The translations under genes were made by a program, and so were the position numbers. From the NCBI GenBank assembly GCA_963719315.1, contig CAVRBU010000002.1, positions 704,001 through 768,000 on the forward strand: 64,000 nucleotides of DNA, given 5' to 3'. Position 1 is the first letter of the stretch; every line of letters begins with the position of its first letter. Source of the DNA: an uncultured Planctomycetota bacterium. Lineage in GTDB: Bacteria; Planctomycetota; Planctomycetia; Pirellulales; Lacipirellulaceae. The notes beneath the pieces are model-generated. The model saw nothing but the letters and a program-made list of their open reading frames with translations. It was not told where the DNA came from and ran no database searches. This document shows, in pieces, positions 40,651-50,029 of the stretch.

Positions 40651-42030
40651 TTACTTGCAGCCGCAGCCGCCACCGCAACCACCGCAGCCGCTGTTACCGC
40701 CGCAGCCACCACAGCCGCCGCACGGAACTTCGACTTGCTTGGCCACCATGTGGCAAACCTTCACCTCGACCTCTTGCGTGGTCTTGTGGGGCACGCAAAC
40801 GGTGTAGGTTTCGGTCTTCTTCTCAGGCTGGCACTCCATGCGGCACACCTTGTAGGTGCGGGTCCGCTGTTCGGGCGTGCAAACCGTGTACTGCACTTCC
40901 TTGCTCTGCTGCTCGCTCTCCATGCGACAGACCTTGTATTCACAAGTCTTAGTTTCCTGGCGGGTCTTGCACACGTTCACCATGCACGTCCGCTCTTCTT
41001 GGACCATCTTGCAAACCTTGCAAGTGCGGGTCCGGTCTTCTTGGCGAGTCTTGCAAACTTTGACCGTGCAGGTCCGCTCTTCTGGAACCATCTTGCACAC
41101 CTTCACGGTGCGGGTCCGCTCTTCCTGGCGGGTCTTGCACACGTTATAGGTGTACGGCACTTCTTCGGTCACTCGCTTGTAAGTCGTGCAAGCAACTTCC
41201 TTCGTGCTCTCTTCCGGCACCCAAGTGCGATGGCACACGGTGCGGGTGCCGCAGCCACCGCAGGAGCCGCAACCACAGCCGCCGCATTGACCGCAGCCGC
41301 CACAGCCGCCGCATTGCACTTGCTCGGTCGTCGTTTCCCAATGACCGCCGCAGACCTTAACGGTCTTCATCGTGGTCTCGGGCACGCACTTCGTCACGTG
41401 ACGGGTCGCCTGCACCTGCTCGGTGTAGGGCACGCAGACCGTGTACTTCTGCTCTTGGTCTTCGTAGTGAGCCACGTTGACCGTGTACTTCCGCTCTTGA
41501 TCTTCAGTGTATGGGACGCACACGGTGTACTTCTGCTCAACGTCCTCATAGTGAGGAACGCAGACCGTGTACTTCTTCTCAACTTGCTCGGTGTAGGGCA
41601 CGCAGACCGTGTATTCACGCGTCTTCGTTTCCCAAACCGGCTTGCACACGGTGTAGTTCACCGTCTTGGTTTCCGTGTGCGGGACCATCACGGTGTAGTT
41701 GCAGGTCTTCTCTTCGGTGATCGGCACTTGGTGATAGACCGTCACCTCGCGGGTCCGCTCTTCCTTCACCATTTCGCACTTTTCAACGGTGCGCTTCTCG
41801 GTCGTGTACTGTGGTTCGTAGACGGTCTTCATCATCGTGCCGCAACCGGCACTGCTCGACTCGCCGCCGCAACCACCACCACAACCACCACACGAACTCG
41901 ATCCTTCACAACCACCACCACACGAACTACATCCGTTACATCCATGACCGCAATGCGCCCATACGGGCGTCGCGGCCATGGTCGCCAGCAACGCAATGGC
42001 TGGCACCAGGCACATAAAACGGCGAATCAT
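40651..42030 (-). CDS. Secreted cysteine-rich YTV-repeat protein (planctomycete envelope protein type)
   Basis: GGAGGA SD, signal peptide, about 14-aa repeats (E...YTVCVPY; QEERTRTVKVCKMV), three CGGC-rich blocks. Confidence 0.85.
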   Translation of the reverse strand: MIRRFMCLVPAIALLATMAATPVWAHCGHGCNGCSSCGGGCEGSSSCGGCGGGCGGESSSAGCGTMMKTVYEPQYTTEKRTVEKCEMVKEERTREVTVYHQVPITEEKTCNYTVMVPHTETKTVNYTVCKPVWETKTREYTVCVPYTEQVEKKYTVCVPHYEDVEQKYTVCVPYTEDQERKYTVNVAHYEDQEQKYTVCVPYTEQVQATRHVTKCVPETTMKTVKVCGGHWETTTEQVQCGGCGGCGQCGGCGCGSCGGCGTRTVCHRTWVPEESTKEVACTTYKRVTEEVPYTYNVCKTRQEERTRTVKVCKMVPEERTCTVKVCKTRQEDRTRTCKVCKMVQEERTCMVNVCKTRQETKTCEYKVCRMESEQQSKEVQYTVCTPEQRTRTYKVCRMECQPEKKTETYTVCVPHKTTQEVEVKVCHMVAKQVEVPCGGCGGCGGNSGCGGCGGGCGCK

Positions 42031-42361
42031 CAACAGGTCCTCCAAAGCAATCACGTGAAATCGAAAATGCCCGCCCACTAGCGGGAAAACAGCCTTAAGA
42101 AACATTTGTAAAAACGAAGCTTGCGGAGACAGCACCGAGTACGAAGACTGGGCAAATTACGCAGCCGATTCTAATTGGAATGGCCTGTCAGTCAAGCAAC
42201 TAAGCGGCGTTCCGCACCGGTTAGCGAAATATAGGTTGCACCCAAGGCACTGCCGGAACGATTCGTGCTCTCAGCAGATTCAACGTTAAAGTCGCCCTAG
42301 ATTATCCCTCTTAAGGCCCGGTGGGAAGCGGCCAAGCTAGAAAATTTGCGAATCTTAAAGA

Positions 42362-42397
42362 AAAGCACCCCGCCGGCCGGCCGACGGGGGGTGCTTT
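42362..42397 (-). terminator. Hairpin terminator (minus-strand T-tract; possibly bidirectional)
   Basis: AAAGCACCCC...GGGGTGCTTT stem; TTTTCTTT on the minus strand. Confidence 0.7.
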
Positions 42398-42471
42398 GTT
42401 GTCGCGTTCTTGGTCCGATTTGTCGCAGTATTCGCCGTTCTCCGGCGATCCCGGGGATCTCCCCCGGCACA

Positions 42472-42545
42472 TGTGGGAGGTGTCTCCGACGTCGAAGAAC
42501 TTCGGAGACTTGAGCACCGCCTTGGCCTCAGAGAGGCCTCCCACA
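42472..42545. repeat. GTGG-type REP-like inverted doublet
   Basis: tgtgggaggtgtctccgacgtcga versus reverse complement tgtgggaggcctctctgaggccaa. Confidence 0.7.
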
Positions 42546-42603
42546 ACTGTCTTCGACCCCACCGCCTTCACCTGTGCGTGCCGCAACTGGGACACGGCTG
42601 CTA

Positions 42604-43781
42604 TACCCTGCGTGGGGATAAATGATCTGTTCCCGAGTAGCTGATTTGTTGTACAAGGCCCTTATGTCGCCATCGAGGAGGATGGCGTGTTGCTGGCAAG
42701 GAGGGCTGTCATGGCTTGGTTTCGAGTCCGATTGACGGAAGAGGAACAGCGAATTGTCGCGGCCGAGCGGGAGTCTCATCCGGAGTCGCATGTCCGCCGC
42801 AAGATGCTGGTGTTGTGGTCGCTGCAGTGTGGTTTGAAGCGATCCCAGGCGGCGAAATTGGCGGGGGTCGGAGTGGCGACCGTCGGGCGGTACGTTGCGG
42901 CCTATCGTGATGGCGGGTTGGAGGGTCTGCGGCGGTGGAATGTGCAAGGGCCCGTGAGCGACTTGGCCGCCTATCGCGACGTGATCCGCGCGTCGTTCGA
43001 GAACCAGCCGGTCCGCACGACCGCGGAAGCCTGCGAACGCATTTACCAACTGACCGGCCTGCGGCGGGGACTGTCGCAAACTCGCAAGTTCCTGAAAGAC
43101 ATGGGACTCAAGTGGCAGCGGGTCCGGGCGCTCCCCGTGCCGCCCAAAAAAACTTGGCCCAGCATGTCGCCGCGCAGGCCCTGTTTCACGACGTCGAACT
43201 GAAGCCCCGCCTCGACGCCGCCGCCCGAGGGCGGGGACACGTCTTCTTCGTCGATGCGGCCCACTTTGTGTACGGGACGTTCCTGTGCTGCTTGTGGTCG
43301 TTCACGCGAATCTTCGTGCGGGCCGCCTCGGGCCGCCAGCGGTTCAATGTCCTGGGAGCCTGGAACGCCGTGACCCGCGAACTGGTAAGCGTGACCAACA
43401 CCACGGTCGTCAACACGGAAACGATGTGCGAGCTGTTGCGGAAGATCGCTGCCCTCGGTCTGGCCGGACCGATCACGTTGGTGCTGGACAACGCTCGCTA
43501 CCAACGTAACGCCGCGGTGCAAGCGTTGGCGACGCAACTGGAAATCACGCTGCTGTTCCTGCCCTCCTACTCGCCGAACCTGAACCTCATCGAACGGCTT
43601 TGGAAGTTCATCAAGCGGCCGGCCATCTATGGGCGTTACCATCCCGGATTTCAAGAGTTTCAAGCCGCCATCCAAGAAACAATCGCCGACCTCGCAACCC
43701 GCCACGCCGAACCCCTCAAATCCCTCATGACGCTCAACTTTCAGCGATTCGAAGATGTCTCATTGCTGGCCGCGTAGGGTA
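42604..43781 (+). mobile_element. IS630 family insertion sequence, copy 2 (1178 bp)
   Basis: Terminal repeats TACCCTGCGTGG ... CCGCGTAGGGTA; TA on both sides (42602-03, 43782-83). Confidence 0.95.
42711..43777 (+). CDS. IS630 transposase in two ORFs joined by a probable -1 frameshift at A7 (43146-43152)
   Basis: orfA ends at 43202; CCCAAAAAAACTT slippery run; orfB carries the DDE motifs. Confidence 0.92.
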
Positions 43782-43785
43782 TAAG

Positions 43786-44585
43786 TCACTGCTGTGGCTT
43801 GTTGATATCCAACAGTTCGATATCAAACACCAGCATGCTGCCGGCTTCAATCGGCGGGCCCGGCGGGTTCATGCCGTAAGCCAACTTCGCTGGCACAAAT
43901 AGTTGCCATTTGTCGCCCACGTGCATTTTCTGCAAGGCCTCGGTCCAGCCGGGAATCACCCGCTTCAACGGGAACTCGGCCGGGCCACCCTGACGCGCCG
44001 AACTGTCGAACTCGGTGCCGTTGAGCAACGTGCCGCGGTAGTTGCACTTCACCGTGTCGTTGATCGTCGGCGACGCCCCCTGCCCTTGTTGAATCACGCG
44101 ATACTGCAATCCGGTCGGAGTCGTTTGAACGCCCTGTCGCTTGGCATTCTGAGCCAAAAACGCCGTCTCATCCTGCTGGTTTTTCGCCGCTTCCGTCTGC
44201 GTTCGCGCCATTTCTCGCTGCTGCATTTCGCGGCCAAACCTCTGCAACACGGCGTCGAGTTGCTGCTCATTCCATTTGGCGCCGCGCCCGATAAGGCATC
44301 GCTGATGCCGGCGATGAGTGCCTGCGCATCGCAGTCGATGTGATTCTCCTTCAAGTTCGTCGCAAAGTTTCGCCCCAGCGCGTAGCTAACTTGGGCATGG
44401 TACATGGCATCATTGGCAGCTCCCGGTTGCCCCACACCCGGCAGGCCGGCGGGTGTGCCGGGCTGTCCCGCAGGTGCTCCCGGCCCCGCCGGCGGATTGC
44501 CGCCCGGCAACTCATTTTGGGAAAAAGCGATATTACACCACGCCAGACAAACAAACATTACGGCACTCGGTAAGAAACTTCGCAT
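43786..44585 (-). CDS. FKBP-type peptidyl-prolyl cis-trans isomerase (FkpA/Mip-like); apparent frameshift near 44277
   Basis: Signal peptide, VSYALG, GISDAL in one frame; GLQYRV, YRGTLLNGTEFDSS, VIPGWTEAL, LAYG in the next. Confidence 0.92.
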
Positions 44586-44803
44586 CGCAGCCTTCCAGTT
44601 GATTGTGGGGAAACTCTCTATAAAACACTTCCCGGAAATTGTGACCGACCCCTGATTGTAGGCAAGCCCGACAGGTCCGCTATACTGAATCTATGGCCCC
44701 CCGCGGCATGCTTTGTGATGCCAGCATACGGGCAATCCCGCTTAAGTGCTGATTGAGGCTTCATCCCAGATTTTTCCACAGTTTTTGCATTTTCGGGTGC
44801 CAC

Positions 44804-45925
44804 ATGGCCGCACGACAGCGCCAAATCCGTTCGCCGAGACACGACTGCTTGGGGCACCCCCGCTTTCCGGCGCCTTGCCTCCCGGCGGTCCGCGGTTTCA
44901 CGTTGGTGGAACTTTTGGTCGCGATTGCCATCATCGGAGTCTTGGTCGCCATCCTGCTCCCCGCCGTTCAGCAGGCACGCGAAGCCGCTCGCCGCACGCA
45001 ATGCGTCAACAATATCCGCCAACTGGCGATCGCCACGCACAGTTACACGGACATCCACAAAAAGCTGCCCCCTTCCGGAATCGTCGCCGAGACCACTGGC
45101 AATTACAACGGGCTGAAGTATCCCATATTCGACCAACGATCGGGCAAGATGTTCAGTTGGGTGGTGCTGCTGTTGCCGTTCATGGAAGAAACAAACCTCT
45201 ACGAACAAATCGATCAAACCAAGACAATTCTCGATCAGCCGAATGAACCGCAGCAGAAAGCCGTGCCCTCCCTTCTTTGCCCCAGCGATGCCGCCAGCGG
45301 CAGGCTCTACTACGACCCTTCGTTTACCTCAAACAAGAAATTCGCCAAAGGCAACTACGCCGCCTACGCTTCGCCGATGCACACCGACTTGCAACTAGTA
45401 TACCCGGGCGCACTGATCTCGACCGGTCAAAAATTAGGGCGCATCACCGACGGTCTCAGTAACACAATCGTCTTTAGCGAAGTTCGCACGCTCGACGACA
45501 CGCGCGATGAACGCGGCGCCTGGGCCCTACCTTGGAACGCGTCAACTTTGCTTTCGCTGGATATGCACCATGACACGAAGGCCAACGGCGGCGGTTACTT
45601 TACCCAATTCAAGTCTTCGAGCGTCTATGCTTATCAAACGCAAACGCCGAACACGATCGGACCTAATGAAGATGTCTTGTTGGGTTGCCCCGACGACATG
45701 TTGGTGAGCGCCCAAATCCAACGCATGCCGTGCATCAAGTGGGCTTGGTCGTTGGGCCTGTCCGGCTACATATCCGCTGCTCCGCGTAGCAATCACATCG
45801 GCGGCGTAAACGCTGCCTTTCTCGATGGACACGTTGAATTCATTCGCAACGAGATCGACTCGATGGTGTTCGCCAACATGATCGATATCCGCGACGCCGA
45901 GGTCTTGACCAATGACGGACGCTAG
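44804..45925 (+). CDS. DUF1559 prepilin-type N-terminal cleavage/methylation protein
   Basis: GFTLVELLVAIAIIGVLVAILLPAVQQAREAARR, CPSD, ITDGLSNT, H-X9-DG (HIGGVNAAFLDG). Confidence 0.95.
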   Translation: MAARQRQIRSPRHDCLGHPRFPAPCLPAVRGFTLVELLVAIAIIGVLVAILLPAVQQAREAARRTQCVNNIRQLAIATHSYTDIHKKLPPSGIVAETTGNYNGLKYPIFDQRSGKMFSWVVLLLPFMEETNLYEQIDQTKTILDQPNEPQQKAVPSLLCPSDAASGRLYYDPSFTSNKKFAKGNYAAYASPMHTDLQLVYPGALISTGQKLGRITDGLSNTIVFSEVRTLDDTRDERGAWALPWNASTLLSLDMHHDTKANGGGYFTQFKSSSVYAYQTQTPNTIGPNEDVLLGCPDDMLVSAQIQRMPCIKWAWSLGLSGYISAAPRSNHIGGVNAAFLDGHVEFIRNEIDSMVFANMIDIRDAEVLTNDGR

Positions 45926-46313
45926 CTGGCCAGCAAAGTTTGACTGGCGTTTCGGACTAGCTGCGGTATTGATCGTCGCTGGAATCGGCCTGATCGTGCT
46001 CTCGGTTTTCTGTACCGGTAGCGCCGTGAGTCAGGCGAACTGGTCTCCGGAACAAGCGAAGCAATATCAACAGGCCTCTCTCAAACTTCACAGCCTTTCA
46101 CACGAGCCAAACACCACCACCGACGCCGATCGGCAGTCTTATCACCGTGAGCTAAAACAGGCAGAATCCGAATATCAGGCCATTCGCGCCAGGTTGGATT
46201 CGGCTATCGACGGCTCCGAAACATTCTTGCGCTCGCTTCGCTGGTTGGGCGCCGTCTTAACGGCATTCGGCAGTTTTGGACTCTACCGCTTTCAATCTTG
46301 GAAAGCAGCTTAA
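45912..46313 (+). CDS. Hypothetical membrane protein (2 TM flanking a helical loop)
   Basis: Overlaps the upstream stop; hydrophobic N- and C-terminal segments. Confidence 0.65.
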   Translation: MTDASWPAKFDWRFGLAAVLIVAGIGLIVLSVFCTGSAVSQANWSPEQAKQYQQASLKLHSLSHEPNTTTDADRQSYHRELKQAESEYQAIRARLDSAIDGSETFLRSLRWLGAVLTAFGSFGLYRFQSWKAA

Positions 46314-46486
46314 TCAGCGACATTGAGCCTCCGCCAGACTTCCCCTATATTGGCCGGATTACACCAAACTTGGCGGCTGGCGCCCTGCCGCCATTAGATT
46401 TCGCCCCGTAGCCGCCGATCTACGATCGGCCGGTCCCCCACACCGCGTAGCGCAATTTCCCCGCGTCGCGCTCCACGTACCAGAGA

Positions 46487-48223
46487 GTGAGTTTCGCAGT
46501 GACCAGCCATTTGAACGCCCCCCACGGTGGCAAGCTTGTTGACCTTTCCGTTTCCGCCAGTCGGGCTGCCGAGATCAAGGCCCAATCCCGCGATTGGCCC
46601 TCCTGGGATCTCACGCCCCGCCAGCTCTGCGATCTCGAGATGCTCTGCAACGGCAGCTTCTCGCCGCTCACCGGCTTCATGAAGAAGGCCGACTACGAAT
46701 CCGTCTGCGGCAAGATGCGCCTCGCCGACGGCACACTCTGGACCATGCCGATCACGCTCGATGTCTCCAAGGAGTTCGCCGAGAAACTTAAGACCGGCGC
46801 GTACGTCGCCCTCCGCGATGCCGAGGGCGTGATGCTCGCCGTCATCCACGTCGAAGACATCTGGGAGCCCAACCGCGAAAAGGAAGCCGACCAGGTCTTC
46901 GGAACGACCAGCACCGACCACCCGGCCGTCAACTACTTAATGAACCAAAGCAAGCCGGTCTACATCGGCGGCAGCGTCGAGTGCCTGCAGCCGCCGCTCC
47001 ACTACGATTACAAATCGCTTCGACGAACGCCGAAGGAGCTCCGCGAAGAATTCGGCAAGCGCGGTTGGACAAAAATCGTCGCCTTCCAAACCCGCAATCC
47101 GATGCACCGCGCTCATCACGAGCTCACGCTCCGCGCCGCCAAGGAAGAAGGCGCCAACCTCCTCGTGCACCCCGTCGTCGGCATGACCAAGCCGGGCGAC
47201 GTCGATCATTACACCCGCGTCCGCTGCTACCAGGCCCTCATGCCCCACTATCCGCAGAACACGGCCATGCTCTCGCTGCTGCCGCTCGCCATGCGCATGG
47301 GCGGCCCGCGCGAAGCGATCTGGCACGCGATCATCCGCAAGAATCACGGCTGCACGCACATCGTCGTCGGCCGCGACCACGCCGGCCCCGGCAAAGACAA
47401 AAGTGGCAAACCGTTTTATGGACCTTACGATGCCCAAGAGCTCTTGAAGAAGCACGAGGAAGAGCTCGGAATGAAAATGGTCGACTTCAAGCAGATGGTC
47501 TACGTTCCGGACGAAGACACGTACTACCCCGTCGATGAGGTGCCCAAAGACAAGAAAACGATGGACATCAGCGGCACCGAGCTCCGCGACCGGCTTGCGC
47601 TCGGCACCGAGATCCCCAACTGGTTTTCGTACACTGAGGTCGTGAAAGAACTCCGCCGCAGCCACCCCGCCCGTGCCCGGCAAGGCTTCACGGTTTTCTT
47701 CACCGGCCTAAGCGGCTCGGGCAAGAGCACGATCGCCAACGTCCTGCTCTCGAAGCTGCTCGAACTCGGCGGACGTCCCGTCACGATTCTCGACGGCGAC
47801 CTCGTGCGCAAGAACCTTTCGAGCGAACTCGGCTTCTCGAAGGAACACCGCAACCTCAACATCAAGCGCATCGGCTACGTTGCCGCCGAAATCACCAAGC
47901 ACCGTGGCATCTGCATCGCGGCCCCGATCGCGCCCTATGACGACATCCGCAAGGAAGTCCGCGCCATGATCGCCCCCCACGGCGGCTTCATCCTGGTGCA
48001 TGTGAACACCGGCGTCGAAGAATGCGAAAAACGCGACCGCAAGGGCCTCTATGCGAAGGCGCGTGCGGGCATCATCAAAGAATTCACCGGCATCAGCGAC
48101 CCATATGACGTGCCGGCCGACGCCGAAGTCACGATCGACACGCTCAAACTCACCGCCGAAGAGGCGGCCCAGGAAATCTTCCTACGCCTCGAAAAAGAAG
48201 GCTACATCGGTGAGGATGACTAA
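46487..48223 (+). CDS. sat: Bifunctional sulfate adenylyltransferase / adenylylsulfate kinase
   Basis: PHGGKL, FQTRNPMHRAH, GPREA, VGRDHAG; kinase domain GLSGSGKST, LDGD, RDRKGLY, FTGISDPY. Confidence 0.96.
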   Translation: MSFAVTSHLNAPHGGKLVDLSVSASRAAEIKAQSRDWPSWDLTPRQLCDLEMLCNGSFSPLTGFMKKADYESVCGKMRLADGTLWTMPITLDVSKEFAEKLKTGAYVALRDAEGVMLAVIHVEDIWEPNREKEADQVFGTTSTDHPAVNYLMNQSKPVYIGGSVECLQPPLHYDYKSLRRTPKELREEFGKRGWTKIVAFQTRNPMHRAHHELTLRAAKEEGANLLVHPVVGMTKPGDVDHYTRVRCYQALMPHYPQNTAMLSLLPLAMRMGGPREAIWHAIIRKNHGCTHIVVGRDHAGPGKDKSGKPFYGPYDAQELLKKHEEELGMKMVDFKQMVYVPDEDTYYPVDEVPKDKKTMDISGTELRDRLALGTEIPNWFSYTEVVKELRRSHPARARQGFTVFFTGLSGSGKSTIANVLLSKLLELGGRPVTILDGDLVRKNLSSELGFSKEHRNLNIKRIGYVAAEITKHRGICIAAPIAPYDDIRKEVRAMIAPHGGFILVHVNTGVEECEKRDRKGLYAKARAGIIKEFTGISDPYDVPADAEVTIDTLKLTAEEAAQEIFLRLEKEGYIGEDD

Positions 48224-48228
48224 CGCCT

Positions 48229-48963
48229 ATGCCCGCAGATAAGCAATCGAAGAGACGCTGGCTCCGCTTTAGCCTCGCTACCTTTCTTTTCGTATCGCTC
48301 TGCATCGGCGGTTCTATTGCCGGTTATCAATCGGGATACCGGCGCGGCTACAACTCGGGCAAGAGCACGCAATACAACGAAGCACAGGTAGTGGAAACGT
48401 ACAGTACTATTTCGTTTATCTGGCCTGATTTGCCGGAAGCCGACCGAATCACCGGCGTCAGGAACTTGATCGATCTGATCAAATCGACGATTGCGACAGA
48501 TCTCTGGGACGATCGTCTCGGCAACGAAATCCGGGAATTCCCAGCAAACCATTCCCTAATAGTCACCGCGCCGGGTTCGGTGCAGCACGAAATCCGCGAT
48601 TTGTTCGCTCAACTCGAAACAATCCAGAACCGCGAATCTGTGGTCGACTTACTACCTGCCTTACAAGCCATGGCCTCGATAGGCAAGACACAAGCCAATG
48701 TGCTGGACATCAAGGCGCCGAAAGACAGCTCTACGTCCGGAATCTGGCTGGAGAAATACTTCGGTGCCACAGTCAAAGGCGTTTCAAAACATTGGGGCAG
48801 CCCTCATTACGAAGGCAAGTGCACGGACGTCGGCTTCCCTCAATGGTCGCTCGATCAACGAATCGCCACTTGGCAGCGCGGCAGCGGCTTCTCCTACCTC
48901 GCTATTCGCTACGCCGATGACGGCCAACTCCACCTCGTCGCTGGCTGGCGCAACAATTCGTGA
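48229..48963 (+). CDS. Hypothetical membrane-anchored protein
   Basis: RRWLRFSLATFL + TM; central LIKSTIA..W...SLIVTAP..VQHEIRDL..L segment resembling a secretin-N/NolW-like repeat. Confidence 0.7.
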   Translation: MPADKQSKRRWLRFSLATFLFVSLCIGGSIAGYQSGYRRGYNSGKSTQYNEAQVVETYSTISFIWPDLPEADRITGVRNLIDLIKSTIATDLWDDRLGNEIREFPANHSLIVTAPGSVQHEIRDLFAQLETIQNRESVVDLLPALQAMASIGKTQANVLDIKAPKDSSTSGIWLEKYFGATVKGVSKHWGSPHYEGKCTDVGFPQWSLDQRIATWQRGSGFSYLAIRYADDGQLHLVAGWRNNS

Positions 48964-49905
48964 AACCAGCCTGAAGCGTTTCGGCGAAAACTCGCATCAT
49001 GAATCGGTCCGACCGTAGAGAACTTCGTCGATTTTGGACGACGCATCCGGCGGAAGTTGCTTTGCGATGCCAATGATCGGCTTCAACGCGCCTACAGCAC
49101 CCGTTTCACGGGCCTTCTCGCCGCCCCGGCTTGTGCCCATTTCAGCTCGCCGCATCCGGCCTATCCGCCTTGCCCGACCAACTTCTTCGCGCGGCCAAAA
49201 ATAATCGTGGGTTCATTGCCGCGGAAATGCTACAGTCCCTCCACAGTGCATTGCGACGCCATTTGCGCTTGAATGCTATGAAATGATGTCATGCTCGCCG
49301 CGCAAGAGTGTGGCGTGAATTCTTTCCCAACAGTGTACCCGCGCCGGCTGTGTTTCGTTCGTACAAGACCTATGCTTCTTACCACTTCGCGAGGTGAGCC
49401 ATGCACCATTTCACCAAAAAAAGCTCCAAATCGAACGTAAAATCCGCGTGTATTGCTCGCCCGAGCGACCAGTTCGTCCTGGCAATGCAAGCGATTCTCA
49501 AACTACATCGTACAGAAGTCAGCACTTCCGCACGCAAAAAATGGGACCCCCGTTTGACATACGAAATTCAACTCCCGGCCGCGAAAGAGTTTACGTGCAG
49601 CCTACGCCAATACCCGCCGTACAAATCTCAACGCTGCTCGGGATCCGCGAGGATTGGCACAATACCGCTGCGAAATACCGTACAAAAATACGATGACCTC
49701 AAAAAGCCCCATTAATTTCCAGATCTTCCGAGGTGTGGTACCGCTCGCAATTCCGCCAATCTTGCAATATAAATCCCGAGTTTGTGGGAGTATCAGCCAT
49801 CTGGCCAAACGCCCTCAAACCACCCGCTTTAAGCCCTCAAATTCGCTTGGAACCGCGATTTCTCTCGACTATGCTAAAAGTTGACCAAGAACGTCTTCAG
49901 TTTGT

Positions 49906-50015
49906 CCCTGAACCCTGAACCCTGAACCCTGAACCCTGAACCCTGAACCCTGAACCCTGAACCCTGAACCCTGAACCCTGAACCCTGAACCCTGAACCCT
50001 GAACCCTGAACCCTG
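49906..50015. repeat. Perfect tandem repeat (CCCTGAA)15 + CCCTG
   Basis: 105 bp of exact heptamers plus 5 nt, ending 14 bp before ATG 50030. Confidence 0.98.
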
Positions 50016-50029
50016 GCTACTTCTCCGCC

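Noticed and set aside
40800..41800. DNA repeats with about 42-bp period as a CRISPR-like array
   Set aside because: They are the codons of the 14-aa YTV protein repeats within one open frame.
40651..42030. CGGC-rich protein as a RiPP/bacteriocin precursor
   Set aside because: It is 459 aa with a Sec-type signal, and no YcaO, radical SAM or other maturase genes lie nearby.
8177..42601. Composite transposon or genomic island between the two IS630 copies
   Set aside because: The cargo includes core genes (recJ, rpmG, comM, ogt), and TA duplications cannot show joint movement; independent insertions are simpler.
49906..50015. Heptamer tract as a CRISPR array or eukaryotic telomere contamination
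   Set aside because: No spacers or cas genes; it is internal, flanked by planctomycete-type genes, and a degenerate copy occurs at 34867.
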